Assembly: GCA_030390025.1 (NCBI GenBank)
Contig: CM059432.1
Coordinates: 101,744,001-101,808,000 of the forward strand
Reading direction: 5' to 3'
Length of the DNA: 64,000 nucleotides
Origin: Squalus acanthias
Taxonomy: Eukaryota
Part shown: positions 52,001-64,000 of the stretch, piece by piece
How the letters are laid out: each line of letters opens with the position of its first letter
How positions within the stretch are numbered: position 1 is the first letter of the stretch
Position numbers and translations under genes: made by a program
Notes under the pieces: model-generated
Databases searched by the model: none
Seen by the model: the letters and a program-made list of their open reading frames with translations, nothing else
What the model was told of the DNA's origin: nothing

Positions 52001-52536
52001 GGTCATCCAAAACTCGGCTGCCTGTGTCCTAACTCGCACCAAGTCCCATTCACCCATCACACCTGTGCTCGCTGACCTACATTGGCTCCCGGTTAAGCAA
52101 CGCCTCAATTTCAAAATTCTCACCCTTGTTTTCAAATCCCTCCATGGCCTCGCCCCTTCCTATCTCTGCAATCTCCTCCACCCTCACAAACCCCCCACCC
52201 ACTCCCCCCCCCCCCGCCCCCGAGATATCTGCGCTCCTCTAATTCTGCCCTCTTGAGCATCCCTGATTAGAATCGCTCAACCATTGGTGGCTGTGCCTTC
52301 TGCTGCCTAGGCCCTAAGCTCTGGAATTCCCTCCCTTATCCTCTCCACCTCGCTACCTCTCTATCCTCCTTTGAGATGCTCCTTAAAACCTAACTCTTTG
52401 CTTTTGGTCATCTGCCCTAATTTCTCCTTATGTGGCTTGGTGTCAAAGTTTTTGTCTTATAACACTCTTGTGAAGCACCTTGGGACATTTTACTACGTTA
52501 AAGGCGCTATATAAATACAAGTTGTTGTTGTTGTTG
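49040..52536 (+). mobile_element. L2-clade LINE, near full-length ORF2 but frameshifted with an internal RT deletion (5' boundary approximate)
   Basis: APE motifs QNVRSL..K, ALMETWL, YRPP, DFNLH, SDHF; RT NYRPISN..LSKVL; C-terminal HAFVTSRLDYSN, LHWLPV; (GTT)n tail. Confidence 0.92.
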
Positions 52537-53281
52537 TTTGTGTTTACCTCTGTATCTTAGTGTTGGACTTCAACTCTTCTTCTTTGTTTCTTTGTGTCTC
52601 TGAATAGTTCTGAAATGCTCTTCATGTTGTCTCTGTATTTTGTCTGAGTCTTTCTGCCTATTTCTATAACTCTGCATCCATCGGTTTCCTCTGTGCTCTG
52701 CATGTATCCCACTCCAAGTATTACTGCCACATAAACTGCGTGTCTGGATCTGTTTCTGTGTCTGTCTTTTTCTTTCTATACGCCTGGTATTGTGTATCCC
52801 TCTCGCACACTTGATTTTCCTGTCTCATTTCTGTTATTTTTACCTTTTGTGTTGCTTTGCCTCTATTTTTTTCTGATTTTATCTTTTATTTTGTATGTTT
52901 TTATCTTGTCTGGGGTCGATCAGACTGTTGAGAGGTGTCACGTGCACGGAGGTATATAATGGGCTGAGTGGGAACCAACACGTTCGCTTCAAAGACTTTG
53001 AAAGAAACGTTCATGGATGTGAATGGTTCCTTTTTTTGTGAAAAGGAATTTGAGTAATCGTGAAATAAAGGTGTAAGCATTCTTTGAAATGTGAAATTTA
53101 AACTGCTCAGCATGCTTCGTATTCTATGGACACATCCTAAATGCAATTTTTCATATTATAAAATCACCAAAGAACAAAGAGTATCACTCATTTCTTGAAA
53201 TTGATTATTCACGTGCATTTTATTATTTTTTCTTTCAATAAGTACCCCCTTTTGATGCAAAGCTTGTGCTAATTTACATCA

Positions 53282-53446
53282 ATGAGAAGTCGCACAACAC
53301 CAGGTTATAGTCCAACAGTTTTATTTGAAATCACAAGCTTTCGGAGCTTGTGATTTCAAATAAAACTGTTGGACTATAACCTGGTGTTGTGCGACTTCTC
53401 ATTTTTGTCCACCCCAGTCCAAACCGGCATCTCCGCATCATGACCA
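53282..53446 (+). mobile_element. Short Penelope-like insertion forming a perfect 59-bp hairpin
   Basis: Same sequence as the terminus of 47426-48144; arms 53281-53339 / 53345-53403; 13-bp TSD CTAATTTACATCA (53269-81, 53447-59). Confidence 0.92.
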
Positions 53447-54814
53447 CTAATTTACATCATTGGAGATTTGGGCCTTTAAATTAACCTGTGGGATACTATC
53501 TTGCATAATGTGTTAATCTGAAATTTCTCTCCACTATTGTAGCAGAGCGATTAACTGGTTTATCCCACAGGATCATTTCAGGACTTTAATATCTTGTTAC
53601 CACGAAATATCAGTTCAAAAATATTATTTCCAAAAACAACCAGCGACCTCATGCAGCGTTGTGACAAAACTATATAATTCACATATTTCATTAACCTTAT
53701 TGCATTATAGTTTTTCTACTACAAGTAAATAAACTCACAAATTAACCCAGCAGTTATCTTGTTCCGTTATCCTGGAAATAATTTGGTTTTGTCCTAGCTA
53801 TGTTTTTGCATTTTCTATTTGTTCATTTGATCTGGACCTCCAATACATCCTCAAATATTCTAAATTTACAACAATAAAGGTCAAATAATCCTGTTGTATT
53901 ATTCAGCCATTTGTTACATTTGCCATAAGTATTTTAATGGAGCTGTATTCACTTACAAGATATAAATTACACAGCACCAGATTAAGCCATTAAAAATGCC
54001 AATGGCCATGATGTTTCCATTATAATAATTGTCTTTGACAAGTTTAAGGATGCAATGTATCTTTGAAACTCAGAACCACCACTACCTAAAGAGCTTAAAT
54101 GACACATACACACATTAACAGCAGAACAATGTCTCCATCTCCTCATGGCCTAAGGTAATGTTCCACCTATAAACATTACCTTTATTGCTAGGTTCTGATT
54201 GTGTCTACTGCCATAATCTATACCACAAACTGGCCTATATAATTTCTTTCTCGCAAGATATGTTCATCAGATGATCCAGCCCAGTCAGATGCTATTAAGT
54301 TAAATTAGTTAAATGAGAAACAAGTTATCTAAAAGTTTCAATTATTTTTTATTAGCTCTCACTATGTTTTCATAGAAGAAAACAAATCTACAAATTCAAA
54401 AGAAAAACTGTTTCCACTATATTTTATTTTAAATTATTATTTTGAAGCTTTTACAACTACAACTCATAATATCCCTTGCTATAAATTTTAATTTTTCCCA
54501 TACAATGTTGGCTTGTCAGATATTACAAGAAAAATTCATTATCAAAATTATTATACACATTACAGGGCTCAACCCTACACTTTGAATTAGGGTTCACTGT
54601 GGCAATATTGGATACAAGCTGCTGAATCACATGAGCAATAAAACCAGAAATAACATCCTGGTTATTATGTAGTGTTACTATGCTGTTCACAATAAGACCC
54701 ACACTTAGAACTTTGTTATGTTGGATTCACTAAAACAAAGCAGGGGGATGCCATCTTCTGTTCATGAGGCTGTAAATTCTTACTACCTTTATGTACTGTG
54801 CATTGTCGCAAATA

Positions 54815-55580
54815 TAGTGCTTTTTACTATATTTATAAATGAGTTGGATAAAAGAATAGAGAGCCATATGTCCAAGTTTGCTGATGACATCAAGTTAGAT
54901 GGCACAGTAAATAATGTAGATAGGAACAGAAAGTTGCAAAGGGACATTGATAGGTTAAGTAAGTGGGCAAAACAGTGGCAGATGGTGTTCAATGTGACGA
55001 AGTGTGAGGTCATCCACTTTGGACCTAAGCAAGATATATCAGAGCATTTTCTAAATGGCGAGAAGCTAGGAACTGTGGAGGAGCAAAGAGATTTAGGGGT
55101 CCAAATACAGAAATCACTAAAAGCTCGTGGACAGGTACAAAAAAAATTAAAAAGGCGAATGGAATGTTGGCCTTTAACTCATGAGGGCTGGACTACAAAG
55201 GGGTGGAGGTTATGCTACAGTTATATAAAGCTCTGGTTAGACACCATTTAGAGTACTGCAGTCAGTTCCGGGCACCGCACGTCATGAAGGATATATTGGC
55301 CTTGGAGGGGGTGCAGTGGAGATTCACCAGAATGATACCGGGGCCAAAAGGGTTAAATTATAAGGACAGGTTGCATAGGCTAGGCTTGTATTCCCTTAAG
55401 TATAGAAGATTAAGGGGTGATCTAATTGAGGTGTTTAAGATGATTATAGGAATTGATAGGGTTACAGAACCAAAGCTGGGTAGATGGAGTTAAAATATAG
55501 CCATGATCTAACTGAATGGCGGAATAGGCTCAAGGGGGCTGAATGTCCTACTCCTGGTCCTATGTTCCAATGTTCCTATC
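54815..55580 (+). mobile_element. CR1 RT C-terminal/3' fragment
   Basis: SKFADDIKL, LQRDIDRLSKWA..WQM.FN..KC, LYKALVR.HLEYC. Confidence 0.9.
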
Positions 55581-55802
55581 TTGCAGTAACAGCAAAAGAT
55601 GCTCATAATGCCCAACCTTTGATTCTTCAATCTGTAGAGATTTTAATAAACCTTTACTGTGATTTTACTTGTTCTTCGTACTTCTGCTTTCAGTCTTCCT
55701 CCAAACTTTTTTTTACTACTTTTCATTGCTTTTGCTTGTGTTTATAATTTACCCAATCTTCCTGCCATCTGGATTCCTTGTATGTTTTAAATGCTTTCTA
55801 CT

Positions 55803-56225
55803 TACATAGGATATACGGCACAGAAACAGGCCATTTGGCCCAACCAGTCCATGCCAGCATTTATGCTCCACTCGAGCCTCCTCCCGTCTTTCCTCATCTA
55901 AATCTATCAGCGTAACCCTCTATTCCCTTCTCCCTCATATACTCCCTCCCCTTAAATGCATCTGTACTATTTGCTTCAATCACTCCCTGTGTAGCGAGTT
56001 CCACATTCTCACCACTCTTTGGGTAAAGAAGTTTCTTCTGAATTCCCTGTTGGATTTCTTGGTGACTTATATTGATGGCCTCTAGTTATGCTCTTCCCCA
56101 CAAGTGGAAACATTCTCTCTGTATCCACTCTATCAAAACCTTTCATAATTTTAAAGACCTCTATTAGGTCACCCCTCAGCCTTCTTTTTTCGAGAAAAGA
56201 GACCCACAGCTTATTCATTCTCTCC
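55803..56225 (-). mobile_element. CR1 3' fragment
   Basis: LEKRRLRGDLIEVFKIMKGFDRVD on minus strand plus tail. Confidence 0.9.
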
Positions 56226-56299
56226 TGATATGTTTCCCTCGCATTTATTACTTATCTGTAATATTATATTTTAGATCCTCATATTGACCTGTGATGTCC

Positions 56300-57090
56300 T
56301 TTAATCTTTTCTGATTTGGCCAGGGTGCATTTCAATTATAGACTCACCAACATTTCCTTAAATACTTCCCAATTTCCTACTTTAGAGCTCTGAATCATTA
56401 TTGCTTCAATTAACCTTTCTGAACTCATTTTGCATTTTCTCGAAGTCTGCTCTTTTAAAGTCCAGTAGTTTTGTGTCACTGAATCTTTTGAATAACCTCA
56501 TAAACATTGCAGTTCCAAGGGCATTATGATCGTTGAATCCTAGATGCTCCACTGCTCCTAACTTGTGTACCATACTTGGATTTTACTAAGAATAGAACCA
56601 GAATAGATACTGACGACACCAACTGTTTGATGAACTAACTGAAGAAGCAATCCTAACAATAAGCACTCCTCTTTGGTTTTACCTCTGGGATTTATCCAGT
56701 CAGGATCTGGGTAATTGAAAATCTCCATGATTAACATTGTGATCTTCTCCTCCCAGATCTATTGAAACATTTTCCTGTCTATCTTCCTCTCCTGACAAGA
56801 GGCATTTAAGAACCACCATTAATTTTACCATTACTATTCTTTGTGTCAATTTATACTGTCTCAGTTGCATCAGTCAAGGCACTTATATCATTTCTTTCTG
56901 TAGTGCAAAATCCTTTCTTTTCATATTTCCACTCCTCAGCATGCTTTCTTGTTCATGTCCTTTCTGTAGACTCTGTCCTGTTGCATTTTGATAGCCCAGT
57001 ATATGTTCTGGTTTAACCAGGCCACTTATTACTATTCTGCTGTACTTTTCTTTTACGTGTGCCTAATTTCACAAACCTGTTTTGTATATT
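56300..57090 (-). mobile_element. Ancient CR1 endonuclease-region remnant
   Basis: Degenerate IMGDF.YP-like and GF.DHN-like motifs on minus strand. Confidence 0.45.
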
Positions 57091-57099
57091 CCTGATATT

Positions 57100-57650
57100 A
57101 ACAATAACAACTTGCATTTATATAGTGCCCTTAATGTAAACAAACGTCCTAAGGCGCTTCACAAATGGACGTGAGGAAAACAGATGTTGATCCAGGAAGT
57201 CAGAGATTAGGAGGAGTAATCAAAAGTTTGATCAGAGATATGACTCTTGATGATTTTATTTTCCCCAAGTGGAGAGGCTTAGGCAGGGAGTTCAAAGCGT
57301 AGGACTGAAGCAGAAGAAAGCTCTGCCACCAATGGTGTTATTAAGGGTGGGCACAGAAGGTCAGAGTCAGAAGAACTGAACATTCACGAAGAAATATAAG
57401 GTGGAACTTTCAACTTTTGTCAGGGTGTATAAAATGGGGGGTAGCGGACTGGCTGCCCATTGTACACCTTGCCTGAAAGGAAAATTGGGCGGGGTGTATA
57501 AGAGACAACCCACCTGCTCCTGCCCATTTTATGTCCCAGGCAAAATTGAAAGTTCCGGCCATAGAGTTGGAAGAGATTGTCAAAGATAGGATGAGCAAGG
57601 CCATGGATAGATTTATAGACAAGGACAAGGATTTTGAAATTAATGCATGT
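57100..57650 (-). mobile_element. L2 3' fragment interrupted by a 162-bp MITE
   Basis: CAACTTGCATTTATATAGTGCC...AAGGCGCTTCACA is the reverse complement of the L2 tail at 52470-52530. Confidence 0.7.
57399..57560. mobile_element. Palindromic Harbinger-type MITE
   Basis: GGAACTTTCAACTTTTG / CAAAATTGAAAGTTCC inverted ends; TSD ATA. Confidence 0.75.
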
Positions 57651-57763
57651 TATTAACTATATTAGTATATAAATACTTAAGATTTCCCTCTATTATTTCT
57701 TCTTCTTTGTTCATTGTTCTTGACCCCCACCATTTTTACTTAGAAGCAATTTCTTGTGATTAA

Positions 57764-58649
57764 GGGGGAAAAATTCAGGTTGCTTTGCGCCTCCCATTAG
57801 CGCCCTAATGGGGCGCAAAGCAACTAGCGCCCGGGCATGGCGATGTTTGCGCCGCTCGTGAAAATGACCAGACATTTTGCGGCGGCGCGAAACACTACCA
57901 CCACGATCTCCTGCGCTCACAGATCGTGACGTCAGTCGAGCGTGCAACGCCCCGGTAGCGCCCCGGACCGGATATTGAGTGGCGCCCCCTGCCTTACCAC
58001 CTGCCGCTAGTAATGACAGGTTGAGAGGAGCGTTTTGCAGTCAGGAAGGGACTGGGGGAGCGCTATTTAAAGGCGACCGCTTCCTGCCTTTTTTTGTCGG
58101 CGACGTTTTTGCACCACGCATTCTGAGAGAGAGAGAGAGAGAGACTTCTAGAGAGATTCAACGCCTTGTGAAGGATTTTTGGGTACAGAGCAGCACTTTG
58201 CAGGTTCATTTTGATTTGACCTTCCTTGCATCGATTTAGAAGAGACTATGGGGGCTTCACTCTGAGCTCTTTCCCTGGGCCTCTCCATTGTTCTTTCCAG
58301 CAGATTTGATGTACAGGTCTCTCCAGGCCGAGATTCAAGGCTGCAATGAGCAGGATGTTTATGGAAAGCAAGATCATCCCTCCCCTTTAAGAACTGGCCG
58401 GTGCCAGTGTGTCTGTGTTCCATTGCTGACTAACATCACATGAGCTTCGCCAGCGCTCTGAGGTAGCGCCTCGCTCCTCGACGTCAGTGCCTTAAGACAG
58501 ATGTGTAGCGCCTGATTTAGTGCTCCAATCACCTCCGGGGATGATAGAAGCCAAGTTTGCAGTCGGAGGCGATAATTAGCGGCAGGCGCTAAACTTTGCG
58601 CCCGGCCGATAATTGCGCCCCAAACGGGGCGATACCGAATTTCTCCCCC
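57764..58649 (+). mobile_element. Harbinger-derived MITE (family A-related)
   Basis: TIRs GGGGGAAAAATTC / GAATTTCTCCCCC; similar to 1-265, 15013 and 33976 copies. Confidence 0.87.
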
Positions 58650-59448
58650 TACGTGTCTTTCTCAGCATTACTACACTCCACATGCATAATACTTTCATAT
58701 GCAGTATATATATTTCAGCATGTTATCTCTGCATTTAATTGCAGAGTGGATTCAGTGCTCCTGCATCCCAGAAAAGCTAATGCACAACTGGTGCAGAGGG
58801 AGTGCCAAGTTGAGAGAGCAGACTCTGTGCCAATTTGTTTTGGGCCCACAATTAAGTGCTCTTCAGTGAGCTGAAGTAATTGTACTCACTTCAACTGCGA
58901 GCCTTCTTATCATCTAAGATTGCTTGCAAATATATTTAAATAAAAACCCAGCACAATTCAGTGGGACTTCTGCTGGGTTTGCTCTTTTTAAGCTTGTAAG
59001 CTCATTAGGAATGGGAGCACAAGTGTTCCACGGGTGAAGAAGCTCTGCAATAGTCTTTGTATGGTTGTTTTTCATGATGCCTATGGTACTTTAGGGCATT
59101 TGTTACATATTTTGGAATTAAAATAATAACACTTCTGAAAATAAATTGGAGGCTTTTTTAACTCTTTAAGGTTAAAGTTTATGTTTAAAAGTAACCCAAA
59201 TACCGTATTTCATGACTGACACAGTGCAAAATTTAAAATGACATGCCAGAGAAATCAGCAAGCCCCAGGTCATATATGCAGACACTTACAAAAAGCTTTT
59301 AAGCCTTGATCATTGTATTAGTCCTTATATGGCATGTTTACCTTTGTATTTTGAGTTCTAAGACCCTCATGATCACAGACAAGGGAGGCCATTTGGCCCA
59401 TCTAATTCATCCTTCCACAGAAACCTGCAGTTCCATAACAGTGACATT

Positions 59449-60190
59449 GGTCCAGAAATTGATCTCGCTCTGTTCCCGCGGGGGTAAGGAGCAGGCGCGA
59501 TCTCTCACTCCGCGTTGGCTTTTTCAGATCCAGCTCGCACGAACTTGATGTTCCAGACATCAGCTGGGCAGTGCTTGCGTATCCCACCGGCGTAGTGAAT
59601 TCGTGCGAGCTGTGGGATCACGTGACTCAGTTAGAGCCAATGGCAGCACACCATCTTCCATTCATAAGTTTCACACACGTGCTGTGAAAGCTATGAATCT
59701 TACACCCCCCCAAAATAACAGCTAAACCTCAATTAAATTAAAAAAAAACCATCACATTAATAAAATAAGTATAGTTAAATAAATTAACCATTTTAAATAA
59801 AAAATAAAATTTTTGAAAAAATTTAAAATCTTTTAAAAAGTTATAAAAATAAACTTACCTGTCTTTAAAGTCTCTAAAAAAGATATACCTGTTAAAAAAA
59901 ATTCAAAATAATACTTAATTCACTACTTACCTTGTTAAAAGTGGGTCTTACTCCTCCTTTTTTCATTTCTAAAATCTTCCGTCCTTAACTGCGCGTCCAA
60001 AGCACTAAGTGCACAGCGTGCGCGCAGCCTGTAGCGCGCACGCGGTGCACCGAGGAACCGCCCCCTTTTCCAAAGACCAAGTGCCGGTTTTCAGCGCATG
60101 CGCAGTGCATGCAGAAAACCGGCAATTGGAGAGAGAATACGCGAGAGTACGCACTGCGTACTCTCGCGCAGCGGGATCAATTTTTGGCCC
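59449..60190 (+). mobile_element. Harbinger-type MITE (family D)
   Basis: TIRs GGTCCAGAAATTGATC / GATCAATTTTTGGCCC, TSD ATT; core similar to 31146-31893. Confidence 0.88.
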
Positions 60191-60881
60191 ATTATCTATA
60201 TCGATGGGTGTTGAAGTTAAGGATTTTTCCCCCCAACATTTTTTTCCTATTCACAGTTTGATTGCATTTTGTATAAGCAAACCACATATCTTACCAATTT
60301 GCATCTTTAATCTCTGCCATGAATGGATTAGCGTAGCTTGGTTCTAATAATTAACCCTAAATTCTGGTGAATTGCTTACTGGAGAATATATGGGATATCA
60401 ACCATCATCTTGGAGAATGGAAAAATAACATCATTGCATACAGGCTAAACATAACTGGTCCACTTTTATTTACAAATAAAATGCCACAGCAAAATAATGG
60501 AAAAATAAACATAAAAAATCAAACTTACACAATTGCAAACTGGTAGTTTTAAAACAAAGACAGCATCCTTAATTCTTGCTGCTCCTCTCACACAATGGGG
60601 TAGAAATCTTTGGGTGTAAAACAGGTGCAAAGCTTACCAACTTAGCAGTGGGATAGCCTGTACCCAATCCGTGCAGGCGTTAGTCCCAGTGTTGTGGGGC
60701 TCATTTTTTAGGCATACCGGGCCTAAATTAACATATTAATTAGTGGCCTAATGCCTGTTAAAGGATTTTTATGCAATTAGTCAGCGATGAGTGGGGTAGG
60801 CGCAGGCCTGCCCCACTCAAGATTACTTAGCAGCCCCCACGGCTGGCAATGATCGGTACATCTCAGAATTAAATATATATA

Positions 60882-61619
60882 GGACCATATTTTGTGACCC
60901 CTATGGGTACGTACGGGGTGTGTATGCGCCCATAGGGACCGCGCAAGTTCCGGGTTTAGGCATGCGAAGCGCATGCGCTAAAAACCGGAACTTTCGATCT
61001 GTCAAGAATCTTCTTGACAGATCATCTGCATCCCCGGGAAAGGGCCTCTGCGGGTGGAGAGTTGCGCTATTTGCCCAACTTCCGCCCGCTGAATGTCTGT
61101 GAAATTCTTACGCCTGGCGTAAGGCCTGCTTTTACCAGCATAAGAGTTTTAAAAATTAGAAAAATAATTTTTTTTCACTCATTTATACATTAAAAACCCT
61201 GTCCAATAAGGTAAGTTTATTCTTAGCCCCGTTAAAACATATAACATTTTTCTACAAAAAATAAAATTTTTGTTTGAAATATTTAATTAAATGGCATTTT
61301 AATTACTTTTAAATATGTATTTTTTTTAATTTATTTCATGTGTTCGTGTATTTTTTAAGTGATCCCCACAGTACGTACAGAACTCCCATAAGTATAAATG
61401 GGGATTCCCTTCTTTTATTGGTTGGGCCGGCCCACATGATCCCAGGGACACGTGTGAACCGCCTGAGCCCCTGGGATACATGGGCCTCTGCCTGCGCGTA
61501 CCCGGAGAGGCCCAGGAGTGCAAGTCTCCATACATCCCGGACCGCCAGGTAAATTTGTAGATTTTTTACAGGTCGGAGGCATCTGCCCACGGGAAGCCTC
61601 CGATCGCAAATTTTGGGCC
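60882..61619 (-). mobile_element. Harbinger-type MITE related to family D
   Basis: GGACCATATTTTG / CAAATTTTGGGCC ends, GC-rich arms with GCGCATGCGC, AT-rich core. Confidence 0.72.
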
Positions 61620-63598
61620 AGTATTTTTAAAACCTTCCTAGTGAAGCCAGGAGAAGCTGGAGTGCTCCCCCGACTCCACAGGTGTCAGGATTGCCCCGCC
61701 CCCTTCTAAATAGTCCAGATTAATTTCTACCTCTAACGGTTTTTACATCCTGGTAGATACACCTCAGATTGCAGACTTCTTTCATCTTATTCCAAGTGAC
61801 TGGGCTTCACAGTTGATTACACCGAGAAATGACTTGCAAAGCTTTCAACTTCGGCAGGGGCATAAAATGGCCATTATCAGATTGGGCACCTGTCATTCAC
61901 CCTGTCTAATTTTCCTTTCAATTGATGTCACTGGATCTATCTTTTTCTGGGCCTGGAAGCTGGCTGGGCCACCTGATATGGCAGTGGTCTGGAGCAGGCC
62001 GGCTGCCCTAGGTTGTCACTTTCCGCCCACAGCCCACTGAACCTATGTTAATGAGCACTGGCCCTCAAAATGGACCAGGCTTCACTCCAGTTCTATCAGT
62101 TAGCTGGCTGGCATGCTCCACTGGCCGGACAGCCAAAACCTACATGGAGGGAATCTGTATGCGTGTGTGCGAGAGAGAAAGAGAAAGAAAGGATGGTTCT
62201 TATGACATCCCTGTTGTAGGTTTTGTATTGTGTTCTATAAACTTTCAAAAGTGCATTAAACCGAGGGAGAGAGACTAGAGTCAGAAAGAGAGATGGAGAG
62301 GTCAGAGAGAGAAAATGAATATGTCTTTCTTCATTTAATGTTACTTCAATTGTCAAAAAAAGGTTAAATTTAGAAGCCCATGTTTTGTTGACACTGTCAA
62401 TGCTAAAAGCATGTGCACCTGTGAAATAGAAGTGTAAATTTTTGTCCTCACTGCTTGGGCAGTAATCTGGCAGAGTGGATCACTCGCCCATTGTAGAACT
62501 TGCCCGATTTTCATTCTATTGATTTCAGGAGGGCAATCCATTCCACCTGATTATCACCCAGCCAGTGAAGATGAAATTTAACCCCAGGTATTCTAATTCA
62601 TAATACATAAAGGACAAAGGGAGAGAGAGAAAGAAACAAAGAGAAATACACAAATGGAGAGAAAGGCAGGCCAGAAGTTTTTTTCCTCATTCTAATTTGA
62701 TTTCATTTTAAAAAAGAAACAAGTTGAATTTGAAAGCAAACAAAGCCTAATTGAGAGAAAAAGGAAAGGAGGATAGGGGTGGAGGAGAGATTGCGGGTGA
62801 CTGGAGAAGGGAAACTGATTGAGGGTGAAGGGGGCCTCTGCCCTCTCGACGGCCACCCTTCGGGCGAGCCAATGGGAGTGGGGGACTGGGGTAGAGGGTT
62901 GAGGGTGAGGTGAGTAACAGTGGATCAAGGGGAAGGGGAGGATAGAGGGGTTGAGTAGGTACTTCAAAGAGGAAGCAGTAGCGGTAGTGCGAGAAGTGAT
63001 GGGGTTATAGGAAGAGGAAGGTGTAGGGTACTCGATGGAAGTGAGATCATGGGGGTGCATGAGTTATTGGTGGGGGGGATGGAAAGGGAACCACTGAGTG
63101 TCACATTTTCCCCATAACCCCACCCCAAAAGCAACCTACAGCTTTTGCTGGCTCCTTTCCTGGGCCACACTACGCCATACCACCTGAAAGGAAAGAAGCA
63201 AAAGGAAAAGACAGAGAGAGAATCAGATGTTCTCATAATGTGTACTGAATTCAAACTTCCTGAATTTTAGAACTTCATATCATAAAGCACACATCTAATA
63301 ATTTATTGTCCAACAATCAGATTATTGGAAATGAAGGTTAGCATTGAGTTTTCCTCACTCACTAATAATAGTTAGGCTGAATCTTTGGTATAGCTAATGC
63401 TCCAACCTGACAAATATCATCTGGTATTTTTAGTTCATTCTCAGTGGGTTGAAAAGAAACATATATGAAAAGTTCTCCATCATATAACTAGCTTGCACTA
63501 ATTTAGCAACCAACATGACTCAGGAGTAGTTCTGATATTGAAGTCAGTGCTCTTCCTACACACCTGGAGAGTTGGAGTTTGGTATTGACAGAAGTATT

Positions 63599-64000
63599 GG
63601 GCCAGAAATTCATCTCTTGTCGGGTGAGTACGCGCTGTGTACTCACCCGTAAGGCCACCTGAAGTGCCGGTTTCCTGCATGCACTGCGCGTGTGTGGGAA
63701 ACCGGAACTTCTGTTCCCCTGAAGGGAGGGGTTCAGAAGTCAAACGCGTGAGCGGGAGAGGCTGCGCGCACGCAGCGAACTTCGTTTTTTTTTCAGGTTT
63801 CTCCGGGAAGGTAAGTATGGAGAAGCTGCACTTTTAAAAAGGAGGCGCAAGGCCTGTTTTTAACAAGGAAAGTGGTTAATTAATTACAATTTAAACAGTT
63901 TTTCAACAGGTTTATCTTTTTTAGATACTTTAAAGAAAGGTAAGTTTATTTTTAGCACCGTTAAAAAGTATAATTAATTTTTTCAAAAATTTAAATTTTT
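63599..64000 (-). mobile_element. Family D MITE, runs off window end
   Basis: Reverse complement of the right half of 31146-31893. Confidence 0.85.

Noticed and set aside
63110..63215. Minus-strand exon after a strong polypyrimidine tract and CAG
   Set aside because: No recognisable peptide or convincing donor; lies beside low-complexity purine-rich sequence

Overview
Eukaryotic, repeat-dominated, essentially non-genic DNA. The repeat content (CR1 and L2 LINEs, Deu-domain SINEs, Penelope-like elements, many PIF/Harbinger derivatives) points to a vertebrate, most likely a cartilaginous fish (inference). No intact host gene is recognisable, and most ORFs in the track are TE remnants or noise. 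Main structures: (1) a decayed two-gene Harbinger transposon at 903-3377 plus four ~1.7 kb derivatives and many MITEs, whose target duplications are not the canonical TWA; (2) two Penelope-like insertions with inverted arms, one carrying two minimal hammerhead ribozyme motifs and the other a perfect 59-bp hairpin joined next to the predicted cleavage site; (3) two long solo LTRs with 4-bp TSDs; (4) a near full-length decayed L2; (5) a four-level nested insertion at 45.4-48.9 kb. Boundaries were read by eye and no database search was possible.
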